In this document: in pieces, positions 1 to 10,583 of the stretch
How the letters are laid out: each line of letters begins with the position of its first letter
How positions within the stretch are numbered: position 1 is the first letter of the stretch
Assembly (NCBI GenBank): GCA_965366045.1
Contig: CBDUDU010000001.1
Span: 20,044-84,043 of the forward strand
Length of the DNA: 64,000 nucleotides
Source of the DNA: an uncultured Oceanospirillaceae bacterium
GTDB taxonomy: Bacteria; Pseudomonadota; Gammaproteobacteria; Pseudomonadales; Balneatricaceae
Reading direction: 5' to 3'
The notes under the pieces: model-generated
Told to the model about the DNA's origin: nothing
Databases searched by the model: none
The model's input: only the letters and a program-made list of their open reading frames with translations
Translations under genes and position numbers: made by a program

Positions 1-1
1 A

Positions 2-688
2 ACGACCAGCCAAGACGAAATTTATGACCGCACAGCGAAAGGTGAAAACTATTTGCTAGAGGTGGATAAACATGTGGTTGTGCCAACCGGCAAAAAAATT
101 CGTTTCTTAATTACAGCTAATGACGTTATCCATGCTTGGTGGGTGCCAGAAATAGCAGTTAAGAAAGATGCCATTCCAGGTTACATCAATGAGTCATGGG
201 CCATCATCCCCGAAGGCCAAGAAGGCCTATATCGTGGCCAGTGTGCTGAGTTATGTGGTGTTGACCATGGCTTTATGCCGATTGTCTTGGAAGCCGTCAC
301 GCCAGCCGAATATCAAGTTTGGTTGGTTGATCAGCGAGCTGCGGCAGAAGCCGAAGCAGCAGCTGCCTTAGGCGACTTTAGCCATGAAGAACTGATGACT
401 AAAGGTGCCGATGTATATGCTCGTAGTTGTGCAGCCTGTCATGGCGTACAGGGAGCGGGTATGGGCAGTGTATTCCCAGCCTTAGTGGATAGCCCAATCG
501 CCACCGGCGACGTGGCAGCCCACATCGATATCGTTATCAATGGTAAATCTGGCACCGCTATGCAGGCCTTTGCGGCTCAGCTCAGCGAAGTGGATTTAGC
601 CGCGGTAATTACTTATGAGCGAAACGCTTGGGGTAACGATGCCGGCGATACGGTGACTCCAAAAATGATCATTGACGCGAAACAATAG
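2..688 (+). CDS. coxB: cytochrome c oxidase subunit II with C-terminal cytochrome c domain (5'-partial)
   Basis: CuA motifs DVIHAWW and CAELCGVDHGFM, then CAACH heme motif; frame is open to the window start. Confidence 0.95.
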   Translation, partial: TTSQDEIYDRTAKGENYLLEVDKHVVVPTGKKIRFLITANDVIHAWWVPEIAVKKDAIPGYINESWAIIPEGQEGLYRGQCAELCGVDHGFMPIVLEAVTPAEYQVWLVDQRAAAEAEAAAALGDFSHEELMTKGADVYARSCAACHGVQGAGMGSVFPALVDSPIATGDVAAHIDIVINGKSGTAMQAFAAQLSEVDLAAVITYERNAWGNDAGDTVTPKMIIDAKQ

Positions 689-699
689 GAGGCTCGATT

Positions 700-2283
700 A
701 TGACAACTGCGACCGATCAACACGACGATCACGGCCATCATGGGCCTGCTAAAGGCATCATGCGCTGGGTATTAACTACAAACCATAAAGACATTGGTAG
801 TATGTATTTATGGTTCTCATTCATCATGTTGTTTATTGGCGGCACTATGGCGCTGATTGTCCGGTCTGAATTGTTTCAGCCGGGTATGCAACTGATCGAA
901 CCTGAGTTCTTTAACCAAATGACCACCATGCACGGCTTAATCATGGTGTTTGGTGTCATTATGCCAGCCTTCGTCGGGTTGGCTAACTGGATGGTGCCGC
1001 TTATGGTAGGCGCGCCAGACATGGCGTTGCCACGTATGAACAACTGGAGCTTCTGGATTTTACCATTCGCTTTTGGGATGTTGTTGTTCACCTTATTTAC
1101 CGAAGCCGGTGCACCCAACTTTGGTTGGACGTTTTATGCGCCGCTGTCCACTACCTACGCACCGAGCAGTGTGACTTTCTTCATTTTTGGTGTACACATG
1201 ATGGGTATTTCTTCCATTATGGGTGCCATCAATATCATTGCAACTATCTTAAACCTTCGGGCGCCGGGTATGACCTTGATGAAGATGCCGCTGTTTGTAT
1301 GGACTTGGTTGATTACCGCTTATTTGCTGATTGCAGTAATGCCGGTATTGGCTGGTGTGGTAACCATGATGTTGATGGATATTCACTTTGGCACGAGCTT
1401 CTTTGATGCGGCTGGTGGTGGTGATCCCGTATTGTTCCAACACGTATTCTGGTTCTTTGGTCATCCTGAAGTATATATTATGATCTTGCCTGCGTTTGGT
1501 ATTGTCTCGCAGATCATTCCTACCTTTGCTCGTAAGCCATTGTTTGGTTATGCGTCGATGGTATACGCCACTTCGTCTATAGCCTTCTTGTCGTTTATTG
1601 TTTGGGCACATCACATGTTTACCGTGGGGTTACCGCTGCAAACAGAACTGTTCTTTATGTACGCCACCATGTTGATTGCTATACCAACTGGCGTAAAGGT
1701 CTTCAACTGGGTGTCTACCATGTTTAGGGGGTCCATGACCTTCGAGACGCCGATGTTGTTTGCCCTGGCTTTTGTCGTATTGTTTACCATCGGCGGTTTC
1801 TCTGGTTTGATGTTGGCGATTGCGCCTGCAGATTTCCAGTACCATGACACTTACTTTGTAGTGGCTCACTTCCACTACGTGCTAGTGCCAGGCGCATTGT
1901 TCGGCATTATTGCTGGTGTGTACTATTGGTTGCCTAAGTGGACAGGTCATTATTACGACGAAAAGCTGGGTAAATTCCATTTTTGGATGTCCTTCATTGG
2001 TGTAAACGTTACTTTCTTCCCTATGCACTTTGTTGGCTTAGCGGGCATGCCTCGCCGTATACCCGACTATGCGCTGCAGTTTGCCGACTTTAATGCCATT
2101 GTCACCGTTGGTGCCTTTGTGTTCGGCTTCTCTCAGTTGATTTTGCTCTACGCAGTTATAAAATGTATCCGCGGTGGTGAGCAGGCCAGTGATGAGGTTT
2201 GGGAAGGGGCGGAAGGTTTGGAATGGACTCTTCCATCACCAACGCCTTACCACACTTTTGCTGAAGCACCAGAAGTTAAGTAG
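700..2283 (+). CDS. coxA: cytochrome c oxidase subunit I (A1 type)
   Basis: NHKDIG, WFFGHPEVY, VWAHHMF, VVAHFHYV motifs. Confidence 0.98.
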   Translation: MTTATDQHDDHGHHGPAKGIMRWVLTTNHKDIGSMYLWFSFIMLFIGGTMALIVRSELFQPGMQLIEPEFFNQMTTMHGLIMVFGVIMPAFVGLANWMVPLMVGAPDMALPRMNNWSFWILPFAFGMLLFTLFTEAGAPNFGWTFYAPLSTTYAPSSVTFFIFGVHMMGISSIMGAINIIATILNLRAPGMTLMKMPLFVWTWLITAYLLIAVMPVLAGVVTMMLMDIHFGTSFFDAAGGGDPVLFQHVFWFFGHPEVYIMILPAFGIVSQIIPTFARKPLFGYASMVYATSSIAFLSFIVWAHHMFTVGLPLQTELFFMYATMLIAIPTGVKVFNWVSTMFRGSMTFETPMLFALAFVVLFTIGGFSGLMLAIAPADFQYHDTYFVVAHFHYVLVPGALFGIIAGVYYWLPKWTGHYYDEKLGKFHFWMSFIGVNVTFFPMHFVGLAGMPRRIPDYALQFADFNAIVTVGAFVFGFSQLILLYAVIKCIRGGEQASDEVWEGAEGLEWTLPSPTPYHTFAEAPEVK

Positions 2284-2828
2284 TGACAGACTCACCAAAA
2301 ACAGGCTTTAAGGCAGGTAAAACCGCCTTAAAGCTAGTGTTGGCGGCAGTTGCAATGTTTGGCTTTGGCTTTGCATTGGTGCCTTTGTATGATGTGTTTT
2401 GCGAATTCACAGGTATCAACGGTAAAATTACCGGTCCTGTTGAACGAGTTGAACAGTGGGTAGATACTAGCCGTACTATTAAGGTGCAGTTTATTACTAC
2501 AAATAACGCGGGTATGCCGTGGGAGTTTGAAGCGCTTGAAGAAGAAATTGAAGTACACCCAGGGGCATGGACGCAAGTAGAGTTTTGGGCCTTAAACCCA
2601 ACTCAGCAAGACATGGTGGGCCAAGCGGTACCCAGTGTATCGCCTTCGGAAGCCACAGAGTATGTGCAAAAAACAGAATGTTTCTGTTTCAGTCAGCAAA
2701 CGTTAGCAGCAGGAGAAGGGCGTAAAATGCCGCTCATCTTTGCTCTTGATCCGAAGCTGCCGCCGCATATTCGTACGGTGACGATGTCTTACACAATATT
2801 TGATGCGGGGGCCTTTGCTGAAAAGTAA
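2283..2828 (+). CDS. ctaG: cytochrome c oxidase assembly protein CtaG/Cox11
   Basis: N-terminal TM with LYDVFC, KTECFCF copper motif, operon position. Confidence 0.95.
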   Translation: MTDSPKTGFKAGKTALKLVLAAVAMFGFGFALVPLYDVFCEFTGINGKITGPVERVEQWVDTSRTIKVQFITTNNAGMPWEFEALEEEIEVHPGAWTQVEFWALNPTQQDMVGQAVPSVSPSEATEYVQKTECFCFSQQTLAAGEGRKMPLIFALDPKLPPHIRTVTMSYTIFDAGAFAEK

Positions 2829-2903
2829 GGTTTTCGCCTTTTAAAACAAATTTAAGGCTGTATTTTACAGCCCAATAATAAGTCTTCGACCAAGGAGCAA
2901 TAC

Positions 2904-3791
2904 ATGGCAACATCCAGTTATTACGTACCAGAAAGCAGCCGCTTTCCGATTATGGCGAGTTTAGGCTTGTTTGGTATGGCATCAGGCGCAGGTGGCATGA
3001 TGAATCACATGAGTGCAGGGGAATCAGGTTATGCTTTCCCGCATTATGTGTTTTTCGCCGGGGCTTTGTTATTAGCCTATGTGCTATTTACATGGTTCAG
3101 TAAAGTTGTAACCGAAAGCCGTGCAGGCATGTACAGCCCACAAATGGACCGGTCTTTCCGTTGGGGTATGGGCTGGTTCATCTTCTCTGAGGTGATGTTC
3201 TTCGCTGCATTCTTTGGTGCGCTACTTTATGTACGTCAATGGGCGGGCCCTTGGTTAGATGGCCAGGGTGATAAGGCCAGTACACATATGTTGTGGCCAA
3301 GTTTTGATTATGCTTGGCCCATGTTTAATAACCCAGCTGGTGCCGATCTGCCTGGTCCTAACGCGGTTATTGACCCTTGGCATATTCCACTATTGAATAC
3401 TGTGCTGTTAATGTCTTCTAGCGTGACGCTCACCTTTGCTCACCATGCATTAAGGGCCATGCAACGTGGACGCACCATATTTTGGTTGGCGTTTACCGTA
3501 ATTCTTGGCGCCATCTTTGTTTATTATCAGGTGTTGGAATACATTGAAGCGTATACCGAGTTAGGCTTGACCTTAGACTCAGGTATTTATGGCTCTACCT
3601 TCTTTATGCTTACTGGCTTCCACGGCGCTCACGTGACTATTGGAGCGTTTATCCTATTTGTTATGTGGCTACGTATTTGTAAAGGTCATTTCACACCGGA
3701 GCAACACTTCGGTTTTGAAGCTGCCGCTTGGTATTGGCACTTTGTGGACATGGTTTGGATCGGTTTATTTATCTTTGTATATATTATGTAA
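2904..3791 (+). CDS. coxC: cytochrome c oxidase subunit III
   Basis: FIFSEVMFF, TGFHGAHV, WYWHFVD motifs. Confidence 0.97.
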   Translation: MATSSYYVPESSRFPIMASLGLFGMASGAGGMMNHMSAGESGYAFPHYVFFAGALLLAYVLFTWFSKVVTESRAGMYSPQMDRSFRWGMGWFIFSEVMFFAAFFGALLYVRQWAGPWLDGQGDKASTHMLWPSFDYAWPMFNNPAGADLPGPNAVIDPWHIPLLNTVLLMSSSVTLTFAHHALRAMQRGRTIFWLAFTVILGAIFVYYQVLEYIEAYTELGLTLDSGIYGSTFFMLTGFHGAHVTIGAFILFVMWLRICKGHFTPEQHFGFEAAAWYWHFVDMVWIGLFIFVYIM

Positions 3792-3809
3792 ATCAAAGTA
3801 TGTAACCCT

Positions 3810-3838
3810 AAAAAGGCAGCTGAATGGCTGCCTTTTTT
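3810..3838. terminator. bidirectional intrinsic terminator
   Basis: AAAAAGGCAGC-TGAATG-GCTGCCTTTTTT between convergent genes. Confidence 0.85.
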
Positions 3839-4052
3839 AATGAATGGCTGCCCAAGGTGAATGAGTGACAAGCTGACCACTCCAAAACCCGTAAGTGACC
3901 ACCAGAACCAATAGTACCACCAGTCCAATGCGATATTTTAGCGAAGTGAGTACCCGTGTAGATCGGTTACCATCTTTGAGCAAGAATATGAAGCCACTAG
4001 TGAGGCTTATTAAGGCCAGTAACAGTAATATGGTAATGACGATTTTAATCAT
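3837..4052 (-). CDS. DUF2909-like twin-transmembrane small protein
   Basis: 71 aa, two TM helices, antisense between coxC and SURF1 as in other gammaproteobacterial cox clusters. Confidence 0.8.
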   Translation of the reverse strand: MIKIVITILLLLALISLTSGFIFLLKDGNRSTRVLTSLKYRIGLVVLLVLVVTYGFWSGQLVTHSPWAAIH

Positions 4053-4102
4053 ACTAAGAACCTCGGGTGGTGTGTTACCAGCGTATACAACCGGTGTATT
4101 GA

Positions 4103-4810
4103 ATGACTATTGTAACTAACGTAAGGCACCATTGGGCCTTGTCTATATTCACGGCATTTTTTTTGCCGCTGACCTTAGTGCTAGGTGTCTGGCAGCTCGA
4201 CCGAGCCGCACAAAAACAAGCGTTGGTTTTGAGCTTAGCAGGCTTGGAGCAGTCCATCCATGTGACTGTTGAAGATAGTTTGGCTCATTTTGTCGACCAC
4301 CAAAGGGTGACACTGAAGGCCCAGTTTATCAAGCCTTATGTTTGGTTTAGGGATAATCAAGTGGTTAAAGGCAAAGTAGGGTACGATGCGGTAGGTTTGA
4401 TTAACGTGGGGCCTGAGTTGTTGTTAGTGAATCGTGGTTGGTTTGCCTCCAATGGCCAAAGAGACCCGTTGCCCAACATAGATTGGCCCACAGATAGCGT
4501 TAACTTAACGGGCCGTTTGGTACCGGTGACTGCCAATCCCTATCAATTGGCGGCAGACATTTACACCGCTGATTACCCGCAATTGGTACAAGCTTTGGAC
4601 ATGCCTCAGCTACAACAACAATTTGAGCGTCCTCTACTGCCGTGGGTGCTCATGTTGGACGCACCCAGCCCTGCATTATTAGAGCCTCACTGGCGGGCCA
4701 ATAGCATGACTGCAGCAAAACATTTAGGGTATGCATGGCAATGGTTTGGCCTAGCTTTAACCCTTTGTTTGCTATATATTTATCGGGTATTTTATTCGCC
4801 ACTACGTTAA
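4103..4810 (+). CDS. SURF1 family oxidase biogenesis protein
   Basis: LGVWQLDRA, LLVNRGW, HLGYAWQWF motifs. Confidence 0.92.
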   Translation: MTIVTNVRHHWALSIFTAFFLPLTLVLGVWQLDRAAQKQALVLSLAGLEQSIHVTVEDSLAHFVDHQRVTLKAQFIKPYVWFRDNQVVKGKVGYDAVGLINVGPELLLVNRGWFASNGQRDPLPNIDWPTDSVNLTGRLVPVTANPYQLAADIYTADYPQLVQALDMPQLQQQFERPLLPWVLMLDAPSPALLEPHWRANSMTAAKHLGYAWQWFGLALTLCLLYIYRVFYSPLR

Positions 4811-4844
4811 TAAAATACGCTACAAAAAAATTAAAGGCATATCA

Positions 4845-5399
4845 ATGAGTTCCAATAAAAGTAATCGATTTACCCTGTACGCTGTGTTTGCGGTAACTGC
4901 AGTGCCTCTGGTGATTGCCATGATCATGTATTTTAATCTTTGGGCTGTGCCCGAAGGCCGGACTAACTTTGGTGAGTTACTCCTACCCCCTGAACAACTT
5001 CAAGACGCTCAATTACAAGGGGCGGACCAGCTTGAGTGGTCGCAAGAGCAGGCTGATAAACGTTGGCTCATGGTTTATGTGACGCAACAGGAGTGCCTCG
5101 AATCCTGTGCTGAAGCCATTCACTTAATAAGACAGATTCATGTGGCCTTGGGTAAAGAGGCACATCGCGTAACGCGTCTTGTAGTGAACCAGCAAGGCCA
5201 AGACGAAGCACAGTTGGTAATAGACTATCCCGCTTTGATTCAATTGAAGAGCTTAGCACCTGACACGTTTATTAATGGGCAGGGCATCTATTTGGTTGAT
5301 CCTCTGGGCAATATCATGATGCACTATGGGGTTGATTTTGTAGGTAAAGAATTGCTAAAAGACCTTAAAAAACTACTTAAAACCTCTAATATAGGTTGA
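4845..5399 (+). CDS. membrane-anchored thioredoxin-like protein of cox cluster (CxxxC)
   Basis: N-terminal TM, CLESC, LVDPLGNIMM, DLKKLLKTS; conserved position after SURF1. Confidence 0.75.
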   Translation: MSSNKSNRFTLYAVFAVTAVPLVIAMIMYFNLWAVPEGRTNFGELLLPPEQLQDAQLQGADQLEWSQEQADKRWLMVYVTQQECLESCAEAIHLIRQIHVALGKEAHRVTRLVVNQQGQDEAQLVIDYPALIQLKSLAPDTFINGQGIYLVDPLGNIMMHYGVDFVGKELLKDLKKLLKTSNIG

Positions 5400-5408
5400 T
5401 TAACGACT

Positions 5409-6455
5409 ATGAACACTGCGGCTACAGCTCCCAAGTGGAGTTTGTTTTTAACCTATATCGCGCTGGCCTTAGTGGCCTGCGTTATTGTACTTGGGTCATG
5501 GACCCGGCTTGCTGACGCGGGTTTAGGTTGTCCGGACTGGCCGGGTTGTTATGGCTCTATATTGGTGCCAGAAACAGCCGCTGAAATAGCCTCGGCTCAA
5601 GCACTGTTTCCTGATGCCCCAGTTGAACCGGCTAAAGGCTGGATGGAAATGACACATCGCTATTTTGCGTCGGCTTTGGGCTTAGTGATATTGATTCTAG
5701 CGGCTTTTTCTTGGGCGCAGCGTAAACGTTTATATTATCCGTTTGTATTAACGCAAGCCTTGTTGGCCATGGTCATTCTGCAAGGCGCATTTGGCGCATG
5801 GACAGTGACATGGAAGTTATGGCCTCAGGTCGTTACAGCACATTTATTTGGGGGTTTTATTACTTTCAGTTTATTGGTGTTATTGCTGATTAAGTTACGC
5901 CGAATGGGTAAGGCAGCTAACCCCTTGCGATTAACTAATATGCGCCATGGTCAACTTAAATTATGGGCATTTATGGCCCTGTTATTAGTTGTGTTGCAGG
6001 TGTTTTTGGGTGGGTGGATGAGCTCTAATTACGCGGCGTTAGCGTGTTCAAGTTTGCCTGATTGTAATGGGTCATGGTGGCCCGCAATGGACTTTTCACA
6101 AGGCTTTAATCTGACCCAATCACTGGGGCCAAATTACCTTGGTGGTTTAATGAACAGTGAGGCACGGCAAGCGATTCATGTCTTACATCGGTACGGCGCT
6201 ATTGTATTGGGATTGTTTTTACTGCTCACTAGCTACCGTTTGATGAGCCAGCAAGACCATCTTTTACGTCGCTTCGGATTAGCCTTTATTGTGCTATTTA
6301 TCCTCCAGTTTGCCTTAGGTTTGGCAAATATATTTTATTTATTGCCTTTGCCTGTGGCTGTGGCGCACAATTTTGGTGGTGCATGTTTATTTGTGCTCGC
6401 CGTGAGTCTTAATTACGTGGCCAATTCTGGCCGAGGACAGCTTGATGAGTTTTGA
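5409..6455 (+). CDS. ctaA: heme A synthase (COX15/CtaA)
   Basis: [17 protein letters not shown], second Cys pair CSSLPDC, HR motif. Confidence 0.93.
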   Translation: MNTAATAPKWSLFLTYIALALVACVIVLGSWTRLADAGLGCPDWPGCYGSILVPETAAEIASAQALFPDAPVEPAKGWMEMTHRYFASALGLVILILAAFSWAQRKRLYYPFVLTQALLAMVILQGAFGAWTVTWKLWPQVVTAHLFGGFITFSLLVLLLIKLRRMGKAANPLRLTNMRHGQLKLWAFMALLLVVLQVFLGGWMSSNYAALACSSLPDCNGSWWPAMDFSQGFNLTQSLGPNYLGGLMNSEARQAIHVLHRYGAIVLGLFLLLTSYRLMSQQDHLLRRFGLAFIVLFILQFALGLANIFYLLPLPVAVAHNFGGACLFVLAVSLNYVANSGRGQLDEF

Positions 6456-7335
6456 GACTAGTGCAACAAGCCCTAAACTAAACTGGCGCGACTATTACGA
6501 AATGTGTAAGCCCAACGTGGTGTTGTTAATGCTGCTGACTTCATTGGTGGGTATGTTTATGGCTGTGCCCGGCATGGTGCCGTGGGACGTACTGGTGTGG
6601 GGTAACTTAGGCATTGCTATGTCGGCTGCGTCTGCAGCCGTGGTGAATCATGTCATAGACCGCCGTATTGATGGCCAAATGGGCCGCACCCACAATCGAC
6701 CCGTGGCAAAAGGCAAGGTAGCACCAGCTCATGCGTTGATTTTTGCCGCTGTTTTAGCGGTGGTGGGCATGGGTGTCTTATACGTTTTGATTAACCCTTT
6801 GACCGCTTGGCTTACTCTGTCTTCGTCGGTGGGGTATGCACTGGTGTATACCCTCTACCTGAAACGAGCCACACCGCAGAATATTGTTATTGGTGGTATA
6901 GCAGGTGCCATGCCACCTTTGTTGGGTTGGGTCGCCGTTACCGGGACCGTGGATCCCAATGCGTTGCTTTTGGTGTTGATTATCTACACCTGGACGCCGC
7001 CCCATTTTTGGGCCTTAGCGATTCACAAGCGTGATGAATATGCCAAAGTGGAAGTGCCGATGTTACCGGTCACCCATGGCCTAGAATTTACCGGCTTGCA
7101 GGTGTTGTTGTATACCGTTTTATTGGTGATTTCCACCATGCTGCCCTATGTCGTAGGCATGAGTGGATTTATCTACCTGGTCGGCGTTACTTTGCTCAAT
7201 ATGCGCTTCTTATATTGGGCTTGGAAGCTCTATCGTGGGGCCTATCAGCAAGCCATGAAAACATTTTGGTTTTCAATCATTTACCTTATGGTCTTGTTTG
7301 CATTGTTGCTTGTGGACCACTATTTGCCGATCTAA
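6442..7335 (+). CDS. cyoE: protoheme IX farnesyltransferase (heme O synthase)
   Basis: [25 protein letters not shown] motifs. Confidence 0.96.
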   Translation: MMSFETSATSPKLNWRDYYEMCKPNVVLLMLLTSLVGMFMAVPGMVPWDVLVWGNLGIAMSAASAAVVNHVIDRRIDGQMGRTHNRPVAKGKVAPAHALIFAAVLAVVGMGVLYVLINPLTAWLTLSSSVGYALVYTLYLKRATPQNIVIGGIAGAMPPLLGWVAVTGTVDPNALLLVLIIYTWTPPHFWALAIHKRDEYAKVEVPMLPVTHGLEFTGLQVLLYTVLLVISTMLPYVVGMSGFIYLVGVTLLNMRFLYWAWKLYRGAYQQAMKTFWFSIIYLMVLFALLLVDHYLPI

Positions 7336-7509
7336 CCTGGGTTAGCTATTGAGGGCCAGCTAAAATCATAATTTGGGTAGTTTTGTCTTTCCTTGTTTAG
7401 CAAAATTTGCTATATAAGAGGTGTGGCACAGGGGATGTTCATTATTAGTTTGGTGAATGATTTTGTGTTACATATCTGACTAATAAAAATAATCCAGATT
7501 GGAATAATT

Positions 7510-8109
7510 ATGATTTTCGAATACATTTGGGACTTGGTCTACCAACCCCAACGTGCCTGGCGTCGCATCCGTCGTCAAAACTACTCTCTTATGCACTGCT
7601 ATACCGCTCAGCTGGTCTGGCTGGCGTTAATTCCACCGGCCGCTTTCTTTATTGGCACCACACAAATGGGCTGGAGTCATGGCGGTAGTGCCTACCACAC
7701 CCTAACTATTGGCAGCGCTCTGCCTATTGCTGTGGCCATGTATGTGGCTATTTTGTTGGGCGTTGCTGGTTTGGCCATTGGTATTCATTGGATGGAGCGA
7801 ACTTATGGTTCGCGCTCAAGTTTTGATACATGCATGGTGTTGGCTACATTTGTTGCTTCACCGGTATTGATTGCTGGCGTCGTCGGCCTATTGCCCATTT
7901 TATGGCTCGATGTGGGCGTGATTATGGCAGCCACCACTATGTCTTGTTACCTCATGTTTGTAGGTGTTCCGGTAATGATGAACGTTTCGGAAGAGCGTGG
8001 TTTCTTCTTCAGTATATCGATCGTCACCGTAGGCCTTTGTGTATTGGTAGGTTTGCTAATTACAGCGGTAGTATTGTCTGCAACCTTCTTGCCTCTAGTT
8101 ATTGCTTAA
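7510..8109 (+). CDS. Yip1/YohC family membrane protein
   Basis: P..AW..I start, five TM helices, GVPVMMNVSEERG motif. Confidence 0.8.
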   Translation: MIFEYIWDLVYQPQRAWRRIRRQNYSLMHCYTAQLVWLALIPPAAFFIGTTQMGWSHGGSAYHTLTIGSALPIAVAMYVAILLGVAGLAIGIHWMERTYGSRSSFDTCMVLATFVASPVLIAGVVGLLPILWLDVGVIMAATTMSCYLMFVGVPVMMNVSEERGFFFSISIVTVGLCVLVGLLITAVVLSATFLPLVIA

Positions 8110-8124
8110 CGTCCTTTAAATGCT

Positions 8125-8149
8125 AGTTCCCGTGCCTTGCGCGGGAACT
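8125..8149. repeat. GC-rich 10-bp hairpin (terminator- or REP-like)
   Basis: AGTTCCCGTG-CCTTG-CGCGGGAACT, no U-tract. Confidence 0.45.
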
Positions 8150-8212
8150 CCTACCTCAGCATACATTTGGTGTTATACTGCGCCTCCACTTTTATCACTG
8201 CAGTATTTTCCT

Positions 8213-10582
8213 ATGAACTACGCCTTTTTTGCCACTTGCCCCAAAGCCATGGAGTCTATCCTAGCTGATGAACTTAGCCCCTTAGGCGCTGAAGATATCA
8301 AGCTAACCCAAGGTGGCGTCTACTTTAATGGTGACTTAAAGGTAGGCTACAGCGCCTGTTTGTGGAGCCGTTTGGCTAACCGTGTTTTGATGTTGTTACA
8401 CGATGAAGCCGTAGACAGCGTAGACGAACTTTATGACGCCATAGGTAAGGTGGATTGGACTGAGCACTTTGATAGTGATCAAACCTTCTTAGTCGACTAT
8501 GCGGGCCGTATGCGAGGCATAGATAACACTCACTTTGGTGCTCTTAAAGTTAAAGATGCCATTGTCGACCAGTTCCGTGCCAAGGGTGAATTGCGCCCTA
8601 ACATCTCAAAACAAGAACCTGATATTCGTATTAACGTTTTTGTTACCAAAGGTCGCGTACGTATTAGCCTTGATTTATCCGGCGAGAGTTTACACAAGCG
8701 TGGCTATCGCCGTGAAGGTGGTATGGCGCCACTGAAAGAAAACCTTGCAGCAGCACTATTGATTCGTGCCGGTTGGCCAGCAATGGCGGCCGCGGGTAAA
8801 CCTTTAATGGACCCTATGTGTGGTTCTGGTACGTTTTTAATTGAAGCTGCGATGATGGCTTCTGATACTGCCCCAGGCTTGTTGCGTTGGCGTTTTGGTC
8901 TACAAACGTGGAAGCAGCACAATGTAGAATTGTGGCGTGAAATTTGGGATGCGGCGGAATTACGTAGAGAAGCAGGCGAAGCCGCATCTAGCAGTGAAAT
9001 CCATGGCTATGATGGTCAGCCTAAAGCGGTGTCTAAGTGCCGTGAAAACTTAAAACAAGCCGGGATGACCGATCGAATTCGTGTCAGTCATCGCGAACTA
9101 AAAGATTTAAAACCGCTGACTCACAAGGCGGAGCAGCAGGTTGGTTTGGTGATTACCAATCCACCCTATGGCGAGCGGTTAAGCGAAGTCGCCGATATTC
9201 AGTATCTCTATCAACATTTAGGTGAGCGCCTAAGCCAAGATTTTGTGGGCTGGCAATTGGGTGTATTTACCGGCAACTTAGAGCTAGGAAAAGCCGTTGG
9301 ATTACGCTCTCATAAACAATATGCCTTTTACAACGGTGCTATTAAAAGTTCGTTGTTGATGTATAACCTGGAAATGACTAACCGCTTTGCAGATCGGCGT
9401 GAAGCGAGCGGTGAAATTCCATTGCAAGCGCTCAGTGAAGGTGCGCAAATGTTTGCTAACCGCGTGGTCAAAAACCGCAAACAGTTTAGTAAATGGGTTA
9501 AACAGCAGAAAATTGAATGTTACCGCTTATATGATGCCGATATGCCAGAGTATGCAGTGGCTATCGATGTGTATGGTGATTGGTTGCATGTACAAGAATA
9601 TGCCGCGCCTAAGACCGTTGATGCAGACAAAGCGCAGAGACGTTTAGAAGAAGTGATGTTGGCGTTGCCACAGGCGATGCAAGTCCCATCCGAACGCATT
9701 GTATTGAAGCAGCGTCGCCAACAAACCGGCAAAGATCAATACCAAACACACGATGAGAAAGGCGAATATATTCAAGTGCAAGAGGGTGGCTGTAAGCTGC
9801 TGGTTAACCTTAATGATTATTTAGACACAGGTTTATTTTTAGACCATCGCCCAGTACGACAAAAAATCCAACAACAGTCCCAGGCTAAACGTTTCTTGAA
9901 TTTGTTTTGTTATACCGGCACAGCAACCATGCATGCGGTACAAGGTGGTGCCCGTAAGTCCTTAAGTGTGGACATGTCTGCGACTTATTTGTCTTGGGGT
10001 AAAAAGAACCTTGCCTTGAACGGTTTTAGCGATCAAGTACATCGTTTTGAACAGCATGACTGTATGGAGTTTATTAAGATCCATAAAGGTGAATATGACT
10101 TAATTTTCCTTGATCCACCGACCTTTTCAAACTCAAAGAAAATGGTAGGTGTGTTAGATGTGCAGCGAGACCATGCGTGGATGATCCATAAGGTGATGGA
10201 CTTGTTAGCCGAAGATGGCTTGTTAATCTTCTCTACCAACTACCGTCGTTTCGAACTGGACGAAAAGGTAGAGCAGCATAATCATGTGGTAGATATTAGC
10301 GATGAAACCTTAGACAAAGACTTTGGTCGCAATAAGAAAATTCACCGCTGTTGGGAAATTCGTAAGTACAAGCCTGAAGTGGTTGTAGAGTCGGAATTCT
10401 ACAACGCAGACTATGCAACGTCTCAACCTGCAGCTAAGGCTAGGGAAGCCGCTCAGCTGGCTGATAAACCTGTTGCGCGACCTGGGGTGGTGACTGCTAA
10501 ACCAGAAGTCGAGCCGCAAGTGAAGCCAGAAACCAAGGACAAAGCGAGCTTTAATCCTTGGTTAGATAAAGGCGAGCGGTGA
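8213..10582 (+). CDS. rlmKL: bifunctional 23S rRNA methyltransferase RlmK/RlmL
   Basis: THUMP domain, DPMCGSGT, TNPPYGER, TGLFLDHR, LNLFCYTG, DPPTFSNSK; start placed at MNYAFF. Confidence 0.96.
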   Translation: MNYAFFATCPKAMESILADELSPLGAEDIKLTQGGVYFNGDLKVGYSACLWSRLANRVLMLLHDEAVDSVDELYDAIGKVDWTEHFDSDQTFLVDYAGRMRGIDNTHFGALKVKDAIVDQFRAKGELRPNISKQEPDIRINVFVTKGRVRISLDLSGESLHKRGYRREGGMAPLKENLAAALLIRAGWPAMAAAGKPLMDPMCGSGTFLIEAAMMASDTAPGLLRWRFGLQTWKQHNVELWREIWDAAELRREAGEAASSSEIHGYDGQPKAVSKCRENLKQAGMTDRIRVSHRELKDLKPLTHKAEQQVGLVITNPPYGERLSEVADIQYLYQHLGERLSQDFVGWQLGVFTGNLELGKAVGLRSHKQYAFYNGAIKSSLLMYNLEMTNRFADRREASGEIPLQALSEGAQMFANRVVKNRKQFSKWVKQQKIECYRLYDADMPEYAVAIDVYGDWLHVQEYAAPKTVDADKAQRRLEEVMLALPQAMQVPSERIVLKQRRQQTGKDQYQTHDEKGEYIQVQEGGCKLLVNLNDYLDTGLFLDHRPVRQKIQQQSQAKRFLNLFCYTGTATMHAVQGGARKSLSVDMSATYLSWGKKNLALNGFSDQVHRFEQHDCMEFIKIHKGEYDLIFLDPPTFSNSKKMVGVLDVQRDHAWMIHKVMDLLAEDGLLIFSTNYRRFELDEKVEQHNHVVDISDETLDKDFGRNKKIHRCWEIRKYKPEVVVESEFYNADYATSQPAAKAREAAQLADKPVARPGVVTAKPEVEPQVKPETKDKASFNPWLDKGER

Positions 10583-10583
10583 G

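Noticed and set aside
3810-3852. TGAATGGCTGCC direct repeat as a possible CRISPR or att site
   Set aside because: Only two 12-bp copies, explained by the terminator arm and the end of the small antisense gene
8120-8212. N-terminal extension of RlmKL
   Set aside because: It spans the hairpin and promoter; the conserved sequence begins at 8213
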